From Parcubacteria group bacterium Gr01-1014_31 (GTDB lineage: Bacteria; Patescibacteriota; Patescibacteriia; Buchananbacterales; GWA2-38-13), in NCBI GenBank assembly GCA_007376135.1, contig VMFR01000003.1, positions 11,660 to 75,659 of the forward strand: a DNA stretch of 64,000 nt. Reading direction: 5' to 3'. The position numbers and the translations under genes are program-made. Below are positions 1 through 9,234 of this stretch, one piece after another; the first letter of the stretch is position 1, and the number at the start of each line of letters is the position of its first letter. The notes below the pieces were generated by a model that ran no database searches, was not told where the DNA came from, and worked only from the letters and a program-made list of their open reading frames with translations.

Positions 1-2154
1 TACAAGGAGCAGAGAACGAAATTCTATTATTTCAAGTACGGTCCGGTGATCATTGGCACGGCGCGGCCGGAAACGAAATTCCAGGACAAGACCATCATGG
101 TGCATCCTGACGATGCGCGCTACCGGCACCTGCACGGCAACGAGATGGAGATCGAGTGGATCGAGGGCAAGGTCAAAGCCAACATCATCGCCGATACGGT
201 GGCGGACAAGGATTTCGGTACCGGCGCCATGACCATCACCCCGGCGCACAGTTTCGAGGATTTCGAACTGGCGAAAAAATACCAGCTGCCGGTCGTGTCC
301 ATCATCGACGAAGACGGGAAATTGACGCCGGCGGCGGGCACGTTCGCCGGCAGAGACGCGCGGGCAAGCCGGGAGGAGATCGTTGCCAAGCTGCAGGCCA
401 AGGGGCTCGTGGACCACATCGACGAGGATTACGTGCACAATCTTTCGGTCTGCTATCGTTGCGGCACGCCGGTTGAACCCTTGCCGTCAAAGCAATGGTT
501 CGTGGATGTAAGTGCTAAGTGCAAAGTGCTCAGTGCTAAGCTTAAATATCCCAAAAAGGAAGCGTCATTGAAGGAATTAGCGGCGTGGGTGGTGAAATCC
601 GGCCAGATCGAAATAATTCCCGACCGTTTCACCAAAACGTACTTCCATTGGATGGATAATTTGCGGGATTGGTGCATCTCGCGGCAGATTTGGTTTGGCC
701 ACCGGATACCCGTTTACTATCGTAAACGGAAATTTCCCAATTCTCAATTTTCAATTTCCAATGAAGGTGTCGCTTCGCGACAAAATCTACAAGCCACAAG
801 CCACAAGCCACAAGCTGATAATGAAGAGGTCTACGTTGGGGTGAAGCCGCCGGTGGGGGACGGGTGGAAGCAGGACCCCGATACCTTGGATACGTGGTTT
901 TCGTCGGGGCTGTGGACGTTCTCGACCCTGGGCTGGCCGCAAAAGACCAAGGATCTAAAATCGTTCCACCCCACCGATCTGATGGAGACCGGTTACGACC
1001 TGCTGTTTTTTTGGGTCGCGCGGATGATCTTAATGAGCACGTATTTGGTCGGCGAACTGCCATTCCGCCAGGTCTACTTTCACGGCATGGTGCGCGATAA
1101 GCTCGGCCGCAAGATGTCCAAGTCGCGGCCGGAGACCGCGATCGACCCGGTAGATATGATCGAAAAGTACGGCGCTGATGCCATGCGGCTCAGCCTGGTC
1201 ATCGGTACAACCGCGGGAAACGACACGCAGCTGTGGGAGGAAAAGATCGCATCGTACCGCAACTTCGTCAATAAACTGTGGAATATCGCGCGGTTCGTCT
1301 CAATGACGGCCGGAGAACTGAAGCTGGTAAAGACCGCGCCGACCCCAAAGACCCTGGCTGACCGGTGGATTTTGGCGGAGCTTGATGACATCATCAGGCG
1401 CGCAACGACAGGGTTGGAGCGCTATGAGTTTTCGGCCGTGGGTGAAGCCGTGTATGAGTTTACCTGGAGCAAATTCGCGGATTGGTATTTGGAAATTGCC
1501 AAGATCGAGGGGGGCAAAGAAAAAATGCTTTCCTATATATTGCAGCAAGTGCTCAAGTTGTGGCATCCGTTCACCCCGTTCGTCACCGAACATTTGTGGG
1601 AACGATACGGCGCGGGCCACCGCCGAGGCGGGGCAAAAAAACTATTGATGATCCAAGCCTGGCCGAAAGCCGGCCGCGCCAAGGCGGTAACGGATTTCGT
1701 TCAGGTGCAATCCGTGGTCACCGCCATTCGCAACCTTCGCTCAACCGCCAAAGTCGAACCGGCAAAGCGCGTGGCGGTCCAAATCGCCGCCGGCAAACAC
1801 GCCAAGCTGCTCAAGGCGCAGTCCGCCGTGATAGCGGCGTTGGCCCGATGCAGCGAGTTGACCGTCGAGGCCAAAGTTCCTAAGCCATCGCAAGCGGCTT
1901 CGGCCGTGGTTTCTGGCGTGACCATCTATGTGCCGCTCGCCGGGTTACTGGATGTCGGCAAGGAGCAAGAGCGTTTGCGGCGCGAACTGGACGAAGCCGA
2001 ACGGTATGCCAAAATGTTGGAACAGAAACTTGCAAATGACGCATTCACTGCACGCGCCCCGCAGGCAGTCGTTGCGGCGGAACGCGAGAAACTGGCCGTC
2101 CAGCAGAGCAAGGTCGCCAAACTGCGCGAGCAGTTGAACGCGCTCGCGGCCTAA
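1..2154 (+). CDS. valS: Valyl-tRNA synthetase, partial (N-terminus upstream of window)
   Basis: Class I aaRS motifs including KMSKS; conserved 'DTWFSSGLWTFSTLGWP' and 'DWCISRQIWFGHRIPVYY' blocks; C-terminal coiled-coil. ORF runs to the window edge. Contains low-GC in-frame insertions (see findings). Confidence 0.9.
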   Translation, partial: YKEQRTKFYYFKYGPVIIGTARPETKFQDKTIMVHPDDARYRHLHGNEMEIEWIEGKVKANIIADTVADKDFGTGAMTITPAHSFEDFELAKKYQLPVVSIIDEDGKLTPAAGTFAGRDARASREEIVAKLQAKGLVDHIDEDYVHNLSVCYRCGTPVEPLPSKQWFVDVSAKCKVLSAKLKYPKKEASLKELAAWVVKSGQIEIIPDRFTKTYFHWMDNLRDWCISRQIWFGHRIPVYYRKRKFPNSQFSISNEGVASRQNLQATSHKPQADNEEVYVGVKPPVGDGWKQDPDTLDTWFSSGLWTFSTLGWPQKTKDLKSFHPTDLMETGYDLLFFWVARMILMSTYLVGELPFRQVYFHGMVRDKLGRKMSKSRPETAIDPVDMIEKYGADAMRLSLVIGTTAGNDTQLWEEKIASYRNFVNKLWNIARFVSMTAGELKLVKTAPTPKTLADRWILAELDDIIRRATTGLERYEFSAVGEAVYEFTWSKFADWYLEIAKIEGGKEKMLSYILQQVLKLWHPFTPFVTEHLWERYGAGHRRGGAKKLLMIQAWPKAGRAKAVTDFVQVQSVVTAIRNLRSTAKVEPAKRVAVQIAAGKHAKLLKAQSAVIAALARCSELTVEAKVPKPSQAASAVVSGVTIYVPLAGLLDVGKEQERLRRELDEAERYAKMLEQKLANDAFTARAPQAVVAAEREKLAVQQSKVAKLREQLNALAA

Positions 2155-2167
2155 TAATATATTTTGT

Positions 2168-3355
2168 ATGCCAAAAATTTCCACCGACCCGAAGCTGATC
2201 GCCGAAGTGTTAGAGCGCGGCGTACAGAACATCTATCCTAGCAAAGAGGCGTTCGGACAGGCGCTCGCGTCCGGCCGGCGGCTCACCATCTACAACGGCA
2301 TCGACCCGACGGGGCAGTTGCACCTCGGGCATGGCGTGGTGCTCTTGAAGTTGCGGCAGCTGCAGCAACTGGGCCACCGCGTCATCGTGTTATTTGGCGG
2401 GTTCACGGCGCAGATCGGCGACCCCACCGATAAACTGGCAACGAGGCAGCCCTTGAGCGCAGCGCAGATCAAGGCGAACGCCAAAAACTACAAAAAACTC
2501 ATCGGAAAGATCTTGGACCCGAAAGCCACGGTGTGGAAAGATAACGCGACCTGGTGGGACAAGATCACCGCCGCAAAATTCCTGGAATTGGCATCGGAGC
2601 TGTCGGCCGCCCGCATCTGGGAACGCGACATGTTCCAGGAGCGCCTCAAGCAGGGCAAAGAGGTGCACCTGCACGAATTGCTCTACCCTTTGCTGCAGGG
2701 GTACGATTCGGTGGCCATGGACGTGGACGCCGAGGTCGGCGGCAACGACCAGACCGTCAACATGCTGGTGGGGCGCGAGATGCTCAAACGCCGTGGCAAG
2801 GAAAAGTTTGTCCTGACGTGCAAGCTGCTGGTGGACCCGACGGGCAAGAAGATGGGGAAGACCGAGGGCAACTTTGTCGCCATGGACGACAGCCCCCAGC
2901 AAACCTACGGCAAGGTGATGTCGTGGCCGGACTCGGTCGTACCGTTGGCATTCGAACTGGCAACCGTCGTGCCCTTGCCGGAAGTGGTGCAGGTCAGGAA
3001 TGACCTGGCCGCCGGGAAGAACCCAAAGATTTTAAAAATGCTTTTGAGCTACAAGATCACCGAGCTGTACCACGGCACGCCAGCGGCGATTTCCGCCGAA
3101 GAGCATTTCAAACAGGTCTTTGAGCGGGGCGAAAAGCCAACCGACATTCCCGAGGTGCGGACGGTCGAACGCGCGCTGCTCGAGGTGCTGGTCGCCTGCA
3201 AGCTCGCCGCTTCCCGGACCGACGCGCGTCGGTTGATTCAGCAGGGCGGCGTCAAGGTCAACGGGGTGACGGTCAAGGATGAACGGTTTGAGGTTCCCGA
3301 TGCCGCGGTCATTCAGAAAGGCAAACGGTTTTTCGTCGGTATCAAACGCGCGTGA
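2168..3355 (+). CDS. tyrS: Tyrosyl-tRNA synthetase
   Basis: HLGH (HIGH) and KMGKT (KMSKS) motifs, C-terminal S4-like domain; starts 14 nt after the valS stop. Confidence 0.9.
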   Translation: MPKISTDPKLIAEVLERGVQNIYPSKEAFGQALASGRRLTIYNGIDPTGQLHLGHGVVLLKLRQLQQLGHRVIVLFGGFTAQIGDPTDKLATRQPLSAAQIKANAKNYKKLIGKILDPKATVWKDNATWWDKITAAKFLELASELSAARIWERDMFQERLKQGKEVHLHELLYPLLQGYDSVAMDVDAEVGGNDQTVNMLVGREMLKRRGKEKFVLTCKLLVDPTGKKMGKTEGNFVAMDDSPQQTYGKVMSWPDSVVPLAFELATVVPLPEVVQVRNDLAAGKNPKILKMLLSYKITELYHGTPAAISAEEHFKQVFERGEKPTDIPEVRTVERALLEVLVACKLAASRTDARRLIQQGGVKVNGVTVKDERFEVPDAAVIQKGKRFFVGIKRA

Positions 3356-3374
3356 AGAGCGGCGCAGTACTGCC

Positions 3375-4823
3375 ATGGCGTTGACGGCCCGGCGGGCAAT
3401 GGTGGGCGGTCGCGGGGCGGCCGCAGTGGTGTTGGCAGGCTCTCTGCTGCTTTCGCTGCTTACGTACTGGCAGCACGACGGTTCCTCGGATGCCGGGACG
3501 ACCTTGACGACGGCCTGGCAGATGAGCCAGGGCAAAGTGCTGTACCGCGATATCGTGGATTTTTACCCGCCCGTGGCGTTCACGCTGCTGGCGGGCGTTT
3601 TTAAAATTGTTGGCCCCAGCTATCTGGCCGCCAAGGCGCTGTTCCTGGGGTTGCTGATCATTTGCGGACTCGCGGTGCAGCGCGCCACGCGAGACTTTTT
3701 ACCCCCCGCATGGCGGTACGCCGTGCTGCCACTGTGGCTGGTATTTTTCGCGTTCTACACGCTCATCAACCACAACCCCCTCAGTTTGTGGCTTGCGGCG
3801 CTGGCCTGGGTGAGCTGGAGCACGGCGCAGCGCTCATCCTCCCGCGGATTTTCGTTCTTGGCCGGGCTGTTGGCGGGAGCGGCCAGCGGCACATTGCAGA
3901 CGAAAGGATTGGCGGTGCTGGTGGCAGCCGCACTCGTCGTTGCCATCCATCAGTGTAAGGTTTGGCGGCTCTTGTTATGGTTGGGTGGAGGTTTTGTTAC
4001 CGTGCTGTTCCTGTTATTTACCATCTGGCCGCCGGCACTTTTGTGGGAGTTGCTGGTCGCCGTTCCCGCCAATTCCTACGCTGTACCGCCGGGCCGTTTG
4101 GAGTATGGCTTGTTGGTGTTGGCGGCCGCGGTGCAGTTGGTTGCCGGCTGGCAGCTCTTGCGGCAGCGCGCTCCGATCGTGGTCTGGGGATGGTGGTGGC
4201 TGGGAGCGGCCCTGCTTGCCAGCACCGCGGTGCGCACCGACGCGCATCACGTCGTGATGAATTCGTTCCCGTTGCTGCTGGTTTCCCTGTGGATCGCGTC
4301 GCAGCGGCGGTGGGAGAGAACGCACGGCCTATCCCAAGTGGTGGATCGGTTGTTAACAACCTTGGTCGCGGCGTATCCGTTGACGCTCATGTTGCTCGTC
4401 GTCGTGGCGCTGCCGTCCGGATTCCCGACCGCCCAGGATCGGACGTTTTGGGAGTGGCTCGCGCTGCGAAACCGGGGGATCGAGCAAATCGTGTTCGCGG
4501 TACAGACCCGCGTACCGCCCGGCAAGCCCATCTACGCCGGGCCGTTCTTGGCCAATGCGTACTTTGAAACGCAACGCGAAAATCCCACCCGTTTCAACAA
4601 TCTCATCACCGGCCTGTACCCGTCCGCGTATTTTCAGGAGGCACGCGCCAGCCTGGAGGAAGATACGCCGGCGGTGGTGTTGCTTAATTACCCGCTGGTC
4701 GCCAAATACCAGCACCAGATGAACAATCCTGTCGATGCGTTCTTCTGGTCGCGCTATCGCGTGACGGCGCAATTCGGCGACACGGTGCTGTTGGAATTGC
4801 AGCAGCCGTCAGGCAGCCCGTAG
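3375..4823 (+). CDS. Polytopic GT-C fold glycosyltransferase paralog 1 (PMT_2/GT39-83-like; DE motif replaced by DA)
   Basis: Many predicted TM helices. 'FYPPVAF..FG.S...AK' block aligns to the PMT_2 signature of paralog 6. C-terminal soluble domain with the 'QRENPTRFN' motif. Start chosen at the first ATG after the tyrS stop; it is uncertain. Confidence 0.6.
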   Translation: MALTARRAMVGGRGAAAVVLAGSLLLSLLTYWQHDGSSDAGTTLTTAWQMSQGKVLYRDIVDFYPPVAFTLLAGVFKIVGPSYLAAKALFLGLLIICGLAVQRATRDFLPPAWRYAVLPLWLVFFAFYTLINHNPLSLWLAALAWVSWSTAQRSSSRGFSFLAGLLAGAASGTLQTKGLAVLVAAALVVAIHQCKVWRLLLWLGGGFVTVLFLLFTIWPPALLWELLVAVPANSYAVPPGRLEYGLLVLAAAVQLVAGWQLLRQRAPIVVWGWWWLGAALLASTAVRTDAHHVVMNSFPLLLVSLWIASQRRWERTHGLSQVVDRLLTTLVAAYPLTLMLLVVVALPSGFPTAQDRTFWEWLALRNRGIEQIVFAVQTRVPPGKPIYAGPFLANAYFETQRENPTRFNNLITGLYPSAYFQEARASLEEDTPAVVLLNYPLVAKYQHQMNNPVDAFFWSRYRVTAQFGDTVLLELQQPSGSP

Positions 4824-4827
4824 AGCT

Positions 4828-6252
4828 ATGCCGCACACCATTCTGCGCCAGCGGTGGGTCGTCTGGGGACTCTTGGCAGCCGGGTTTGCCACAGTGGCAG
4901 GCTACCACGCCGTACTTCCCATTGATGTTGATGAAACCTGGGTGCTGACGGTCGGCTGGCAGATCACCCAGGGCGTGGACCCGCTCCGCGATCTGTATGA
5001 ATTTCATACGCCCGGCGCATTCTACCTGGCCGCCGCGATCATCAAAATGTTCGGCGCCAGCGTTTGGCCGTTGCGGCTCGTGGTGACGCTGTTGACCGCG
5101 GCAACGGCCTGGCCGCTGTGGCGCCTGGCGCAACTATTGGGATTGCGGGGTTGGCAGCCGCCGGCGGTGGTGGCGACGTGGATTTTGCTGCTCACTATGT
5201 TCCCGTGGATCAACCCCAACCACCTGGCCCAGCTGGGTGGTATCTGGGCGGCGTGGGCGCTGGTCTTTGCCTGGCAGAAGCGGCGGCTGCGCTGGTTTGT
5301 TCTGGCGGGCGCGATTGCCGGGCTTGCCGTGTGGCTGTTGCAGACCCGCGGAGGCGCCCTGGTGTTGGCGGGCGTGGTAATTGCCCTCACGGCCCGTCGG
5401 CTTTGGCCGTTGGTGGCATACCTTGCCGGGGTCGGGGTGGTTTGGCTGCCATTCCTGTTGTGGCCGCCCGCGCTGCTCTGGCATAGTCTGGTCACGCTGC
5501 CGACGACCCAGTACCTGCCGTCCCAGTTCGTCGGCGTGCAGCTGGTGGTCATTACGGTCGGATTCCTCACTGTTCTCGCGCTGCTGGCATTGGCCGTGCA
5601 TGCCGCGCCGTCCGGATTTTGGCCGCTCTGGGCAGTCGCGCTTGTTCTGGCGGCAAGCATCTGGTCGCGCGCCGAAATTGCCTACTGGTCAACGATCGCC
5701 TGGCCGCTGTCGGTGCTGTTTTTTTCGCTGCTGTCGTGCCCCTGGCCCCGGCTGTCTGGCCGTCCACGGCAGACGGTGCGTGCCGTCATGTGGTACGGCG
5801 GCGCGCTGCTCGCGGCGCAGGTGTTTGGTTGGGCGGCGATCAACGGCGCGTCGCGCGTCGCGATGGCCATTTCCGACCGGCGCGCAGGGCGCGGCGACCT
5901 GTGGCAGGGGATCGGGGCAGCGGTAACGGCGCGGACGTTGCCGGGGGAGGAGATTTTTGCCCTGCCGTATCTGCCGGGGGCATATTTTTTCAGCCAGCGG
6001 CCGAACGCCACGCCGTACAATACGCTGCTGTCCAATTTTCACCCGCCCGAAATCCTCGCGGACGCGATTTCGCGGCTGGAGCGGGTCAAGCCGAAAGTGG
6101 TGGTGCGGGCACGCGACAGTTTCGCCGTTCGGCGAGGTTTTCATCAGGACGGCACCGCGCTGGACGCGTACCTGGATGACCATTACCGCGTGGCGCAAGA
6201 CTCGGTGGCCGGGTATGTGGTGGAAATTTTGGAGCGTCGGCCTGGGTTATGA
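4828..6252 (+). CDS. GT-C fold glycosyltransferase paralog 2 (DE motif intact)
   Basis: 'DVDETWVLTVGWQ' plus 'EFHTPGAFY..FGASVWPLRLVVTLLTAAT' align with the PMT_2 motif region. C-terminal domain 'SQRPNATPYN ... DAYLDDHYRV'. Starts 5 nt after the paralog 1 stop. Confidence 0.65.
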   Translation: MPHTILRQRWVVWGLLAAGFATVAGYHAVLPIDVDETWVLTVGWQITQGVDPLRDLYEFHTPGAFYLAAAIIKMFGASVWPLRLVVTLLTAATAWPLWRLAQLLGLRGWQPPAVVATWILLLTMFPWINPNHLAQLGGIWAAWALVFAWQKRRLRWFVLAGAIAGLAVWLLQTRGGALVLAGVVIALTARRLWPLVAYLAGVGVVWLPFLLWPPALLWHSLVTLPTTQYLPSQFVGVQLVVITVGFLTVLALLALAVHAAPSGFWPLWAVALVLAASIWSRAEIAYWSTIAWPLSVLFFSLLSCPWPRLSGRPRQTVRAVMWYGGALLAAQVFGWAAINGASRVAMAISDRRAGRGDLWQGIGAAVTARTLPGEEIFALPYLPGAYFFSQRPNATPYNTLLSNFHPPEILADAISRLERVKPKVVVRARDSFAVRRGFHQDGTALDAYLDDHYRVAQDSVAGYVVEILERRPGL

Positions 6253-7682
6253 ACGAGGAATTGCCGACATCTCGCTGGGGGCTGGGCGCCCGTGCCACGG
6301 TGGTCGCGGTGCTGGCAGCGGTTGCCTTCATCCGGTGGTACGTCGGAATCGATCCGGATGCGGGATTGACGATGACGGCCGCCTGGCAGGTGAGCCAGGG
6401 ATTGGTGCCGTACCGGGATTTTTTCGAATTCCATCCCCCCGGCGCATTTTATGCGCTGGCCGGCGTTTTTCAGATCTTTGGCTCCACCTACGTCGTCGCC
6501 AAACTGTTCTCGATGCTCGTTCTGGCCCTTGGCGCGGTGGGAGTGGATCGCTGCGCGCGGCGGCTGTTGCTGCGTCCGTGGCATCGCGTTGCCGCTTTGG
6601 CGGTGTGGGGGCTGCTGGCGCTGCAGTTTCCACTGGTGAGCTATAGTACATACGCGCACGTCGGTAGCATCTGGGTCGCGTGGCTTTTGGTGCGGCTCCA
6701 TCAGCGCAGCGCTCAAGGGTGGGAGGCGCTCGCCGGGTTTGCCGTCCTCGGAGCGAGCGCGGCGGGGGTGGGGTGGCTTTTGCAGACGCGCGGTGCGGCA
6801 TTGTTCCTGGTCGGGCTGGGTGTTGCCGCGGCGTCGCGCCGCTGGCAGCTGGTCGCAGCGTACCTGGGAGGATCGGGGGTGGCGCTGCTGCCCGGCCTCG
6901 CGCTTCCGCTGCGGGAATTTTGGCAGCAAACGGTCGTCTATCCCGCTGCCCACTACCCGGCCATCAACACCGACCAGCCATTGTGGCTGGTGCTCTGGGG
7001 TGGCGTCATCGTGACGCTGGGCATAGTCGCATACTGGGCGCGATCCTCGTGGCGCGGATTTTGGCCGTTGTGGTGGACGGCCCTCGCGCTCTTGGTCAGC
7101 ATCTGGCCGCACGCGAACGGGGTGTACCTCTCGATGGTGCTGTGGCCCTTGGCGCTGTTGTTCACCGCCGCGGTGCCGCCGCCGTCGGCCATGGCGTGGC
7201 GACGGCTCTGGCAGGGGGTAGCTGCGGCATCCGGAGCTTTTGCCGGCGCGCTGGCCTTGATGACCGTCGGCGTTTTTTTTACCCTGTTCCCCGGCGCGCG
7301 CGCCGCCGACCCCTGGGGCGCGCGGGCGCCCTTCTGGGAGGATCTGGCCGTTGAGGTGCGGATGCGGACGCAGCAGAACGAACCCATCTTTGCCACGCCC
7401 ACGCTACCCAATCTTTATTTTTTCGCGCAGCGTCCGAATGCCACGCGGTATAATTCCCTGTTCAGCGGTCAGTACGACGCTCCGTATTTCTTGCAAGCGG
7501 TCGTCGATCTGGAGCAGCGCCGTCCTCGATACGTCGTGCGCGAGCTGGACAGCTTGGCGGTGCAACTGGGTTACCACCGTGACGGCACCCAGGTGGATGT
7601 GTATCTGGATGAGCACTACCGCGTGGCCGCCGAGCTGACGAAGTTTCTGCCGCGGCGGTTGCAGCTCTTGGAGCGGCGATAG
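6249..7682 (+). CDS. GT-C fold glycosyltransferase paralog 3 (DA variant)
   Basis: ATGA start/stop overlap with paralog 2. 'DPDAGLTMTAAWQVSQG...EFHPPGAFY'. C-terminal 'AQRPNATRYN ... DVYLDEHYRV'. Confidence 0.65.
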   Translation: MNEELPTSRWGLGARATVVAVLAAVAFIRWYVGIDPDAGLTMTAAWQVSQGLVPYRDFFEFHPPGAFYALAGVFQIFGSTYVVAKLFSMLVLALGAVGVDRCARRLLLRPWHRVAALAVWGLLALQFPLVSYSTYAHVGSIWVAWLLVRLHQRSAQGWEALAGFAVLGASAAGVGWLLQTRGAALFLVGLGVAAASRRWQLVAAYLGGSGVALLPGLALPLREFWQQTVVYPAAHYPAINTDQPLWLVLWGGVIVTLGIVAYWARSSWRGFWPLWWTALALLVSIWPHANGVYLSMVLWPLALLFTAAVPPPSAMAWRRLWQGVAAASGAFAGALALMTVGVFFTLFPGARAADPWGARAPFWEDLAVEVRMRTQQNEPIFATPTLPNLYFFAQRPNATRYNSLFSGQYDAPYFLQAVVDLEQRRPRYVVRELDSLAVQLGYHRDGTQVDVYLDEHYRVAAELTKFLPRRLQLLERR

Positions 7683-7689
7683 CATCCGT

Positions 7690-9114
7690 ATGACGTGGTA
7701 CCCCCTCCCTCGTTCCCGCTGGACGCCTCCCGCGATTGCGGGGCTTGTGTTGGCGCTGCTGGTGGTGCGCTGGTATCCGGACCCCGCCAGCGACGAAACA
7801 TTGACGCTGACCATCGCCTGGCAGGTCAGCCAGGGGCTTGGGCTCTACCGCGATGTCTTTGAATTCCATCCGCCCGGTACGTTCTATTTCTTTGGCGCGC
7901 TGTTCCGGGTGTTCGGCCCGTCGTATCTGGCGGCGAAGATCGCGATCGTACTCCTGACCGCGGCAACCGGTTTTGCCCTCGATGTGCTAGTTCGCCGCTT
8001 CACCTCCCGCGGACTACCGCGGGTCACCGTGCTGGCGGGGTGGCTGCTGTTGGTCTGGCAATTTCCGGCGATCGGCTACCATTCCTTGGCGCACCTGGCC
8101 AGCATTTGGGTTGCGCTCTTTTTGGTTCTGGCGTCCGTTGAGCGGCGTACCGGCTGGGCTTTGGCCTGCGGTCTCGCGACGGCCGCTGCGGGCTGGTATA
8201 TGCAACCCTACGGCGTGGTCCTGGCGGCGGTGGGCGTTGGCAGCATGCTCGCGACGCGGCAGCTGCGGCTGGCGTTCGCTTACGTTGCCGCGCTCGCGAT
8301 CGCGCTGCTGCCGTTGCTGGCCTGGCCTTTGCCGCTGCTGTGGCAGCATCTGGTGCGATTCCCGCTGACGTACTACGCGCCCGCGAACCTTTCCCAAGGC
8401 AGTCCGGCAGGGTTGTTCGTCCTGGTCGCGGTGGTTCTCATGGTCGGCGCTGCGGCTGTCTTCAGTCGGCGGGTGCCATCCGGGTTTTGGCCGTTATGGT
8501 TCATGTCGCTGGTCCTGCCGCTCACCGTGTGGCCGCACTCGCAGGTCGGCTACCTGGCGAGTGTTGCCTGGCCGTTGCTTTTGCTGCTCGTGGTAACACC
8601 GCCGGGTGGGGGAGCGATGCGGGAGCAGATCTCGGCCATCGTCGGGCAAAGCCTTCGGTTTGTGGCCGTGGTCGGCGGCATCGCAGCGGCAGTCGTTTCG
8701 GTCGGATTTTTTTCCGTGCGTTGGCCGCTCCATGACGAGTTCGGTCTGCGCGTGCCGTTCTGGGACGACCTTGGAACTGCGGTGCAGGCCCGCACGAGGA
8801 CGAATGAACCGATCTTTGCCGTGCCGTACTTGCCGGCGATATATTTTTTTGCCCAGCGGCCCAATGCCACCCGGCACAACTCGCTGCAGACCGCGTTCCA
8901 TCCGCCGTACGTCTTGGATGAGATCATCACCGATCTGGAGCGCACCAAGCCGCGGGTGGTCATCCGCGAGTATGCCAGCTGGCTCGCGCGATTGGGGCAG
9001 TACGACGAGGGCAACCGCGTTGACGCCTACCTGGATATGCACTATCGGTTCAGTGAGGAGCTGACGCAGTTTGCCCCGCGGCGGATCCAGCTGTGGGAAC
9101 GACGCGTTCCGTAG
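7690..9114 (+). CDS. GT-C fold glycosyltransferase paralog 4 (DE intact)
   Basis: 'ASDETLTLTIAWQVSQG...EFHPPGTFYFF'. C-terminal 'AQRPNATRHN ... DAYLDMHYRF'. Confidence 0.65.
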   Translation: MTWYPLPRSRWTPPAIAGLVLALLVVRWYPDPASDETLTLTIAWQVSQGLGLYRDVFEFHPPGTFYFFGALFRVFGPSYLAAKIAIVLLTAATGFALDVLVRRFTSRGLPRVTVLAGWLLLVWQFPAIGYHSLAHLASIWVALFLVLASVERRTGWALACGLATAAAGWYMQPYGVVLAAVGVGSMLATRQLRLAFAYVAALAIALLPLLAWPLPLLWQHLVRFPLTYYAPANLSQGSPAGLFVLVAVVLMVGAAAVFSRRVPSGFWPLWFMSLVLPLTVWPHSQVGYLASVAWPLLLLLVVTPPGGGAMREQISAIVGQSLRFVAVVGGIAAAVVSVGFFSVRWPLHDEFGLRVPFWDDLGTAVQARTRTNEPIFAVPYLPAIYFFAQRPNATRHNSLQTAFHPPYVLDEIITDLERTKPRVVIREYASWLARLGQYDEGNRVDAYLDMHYRFSEELTQFAPRRIQLWERRVP

Positions 9115-9118
9115 TCGT

Positions 9119-9234
9119 CTATGCCCCGTAGGACAACGGAATGGCGGGGAAAATAGATATTAGACGGGGGAGAAGCTATTATGTACGCCATCACATGAGC
9201 ATTACACATTTGACCGTTGTCCTGCGGGGTAGGC
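9119..9234 (+). repeat. Start-codon-enclosing inverted-repeat element, copy A (between GT-C paralogs 4 and 5; degenerate distal ATG)
   Basis: Inverted repeats ctatgccccgtaggacaacgg and ccgttgtcctgcggggtaggc (ATG changed to AGG); begins 5 nt after the paralog 4 stop. Confidence 0.7.
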
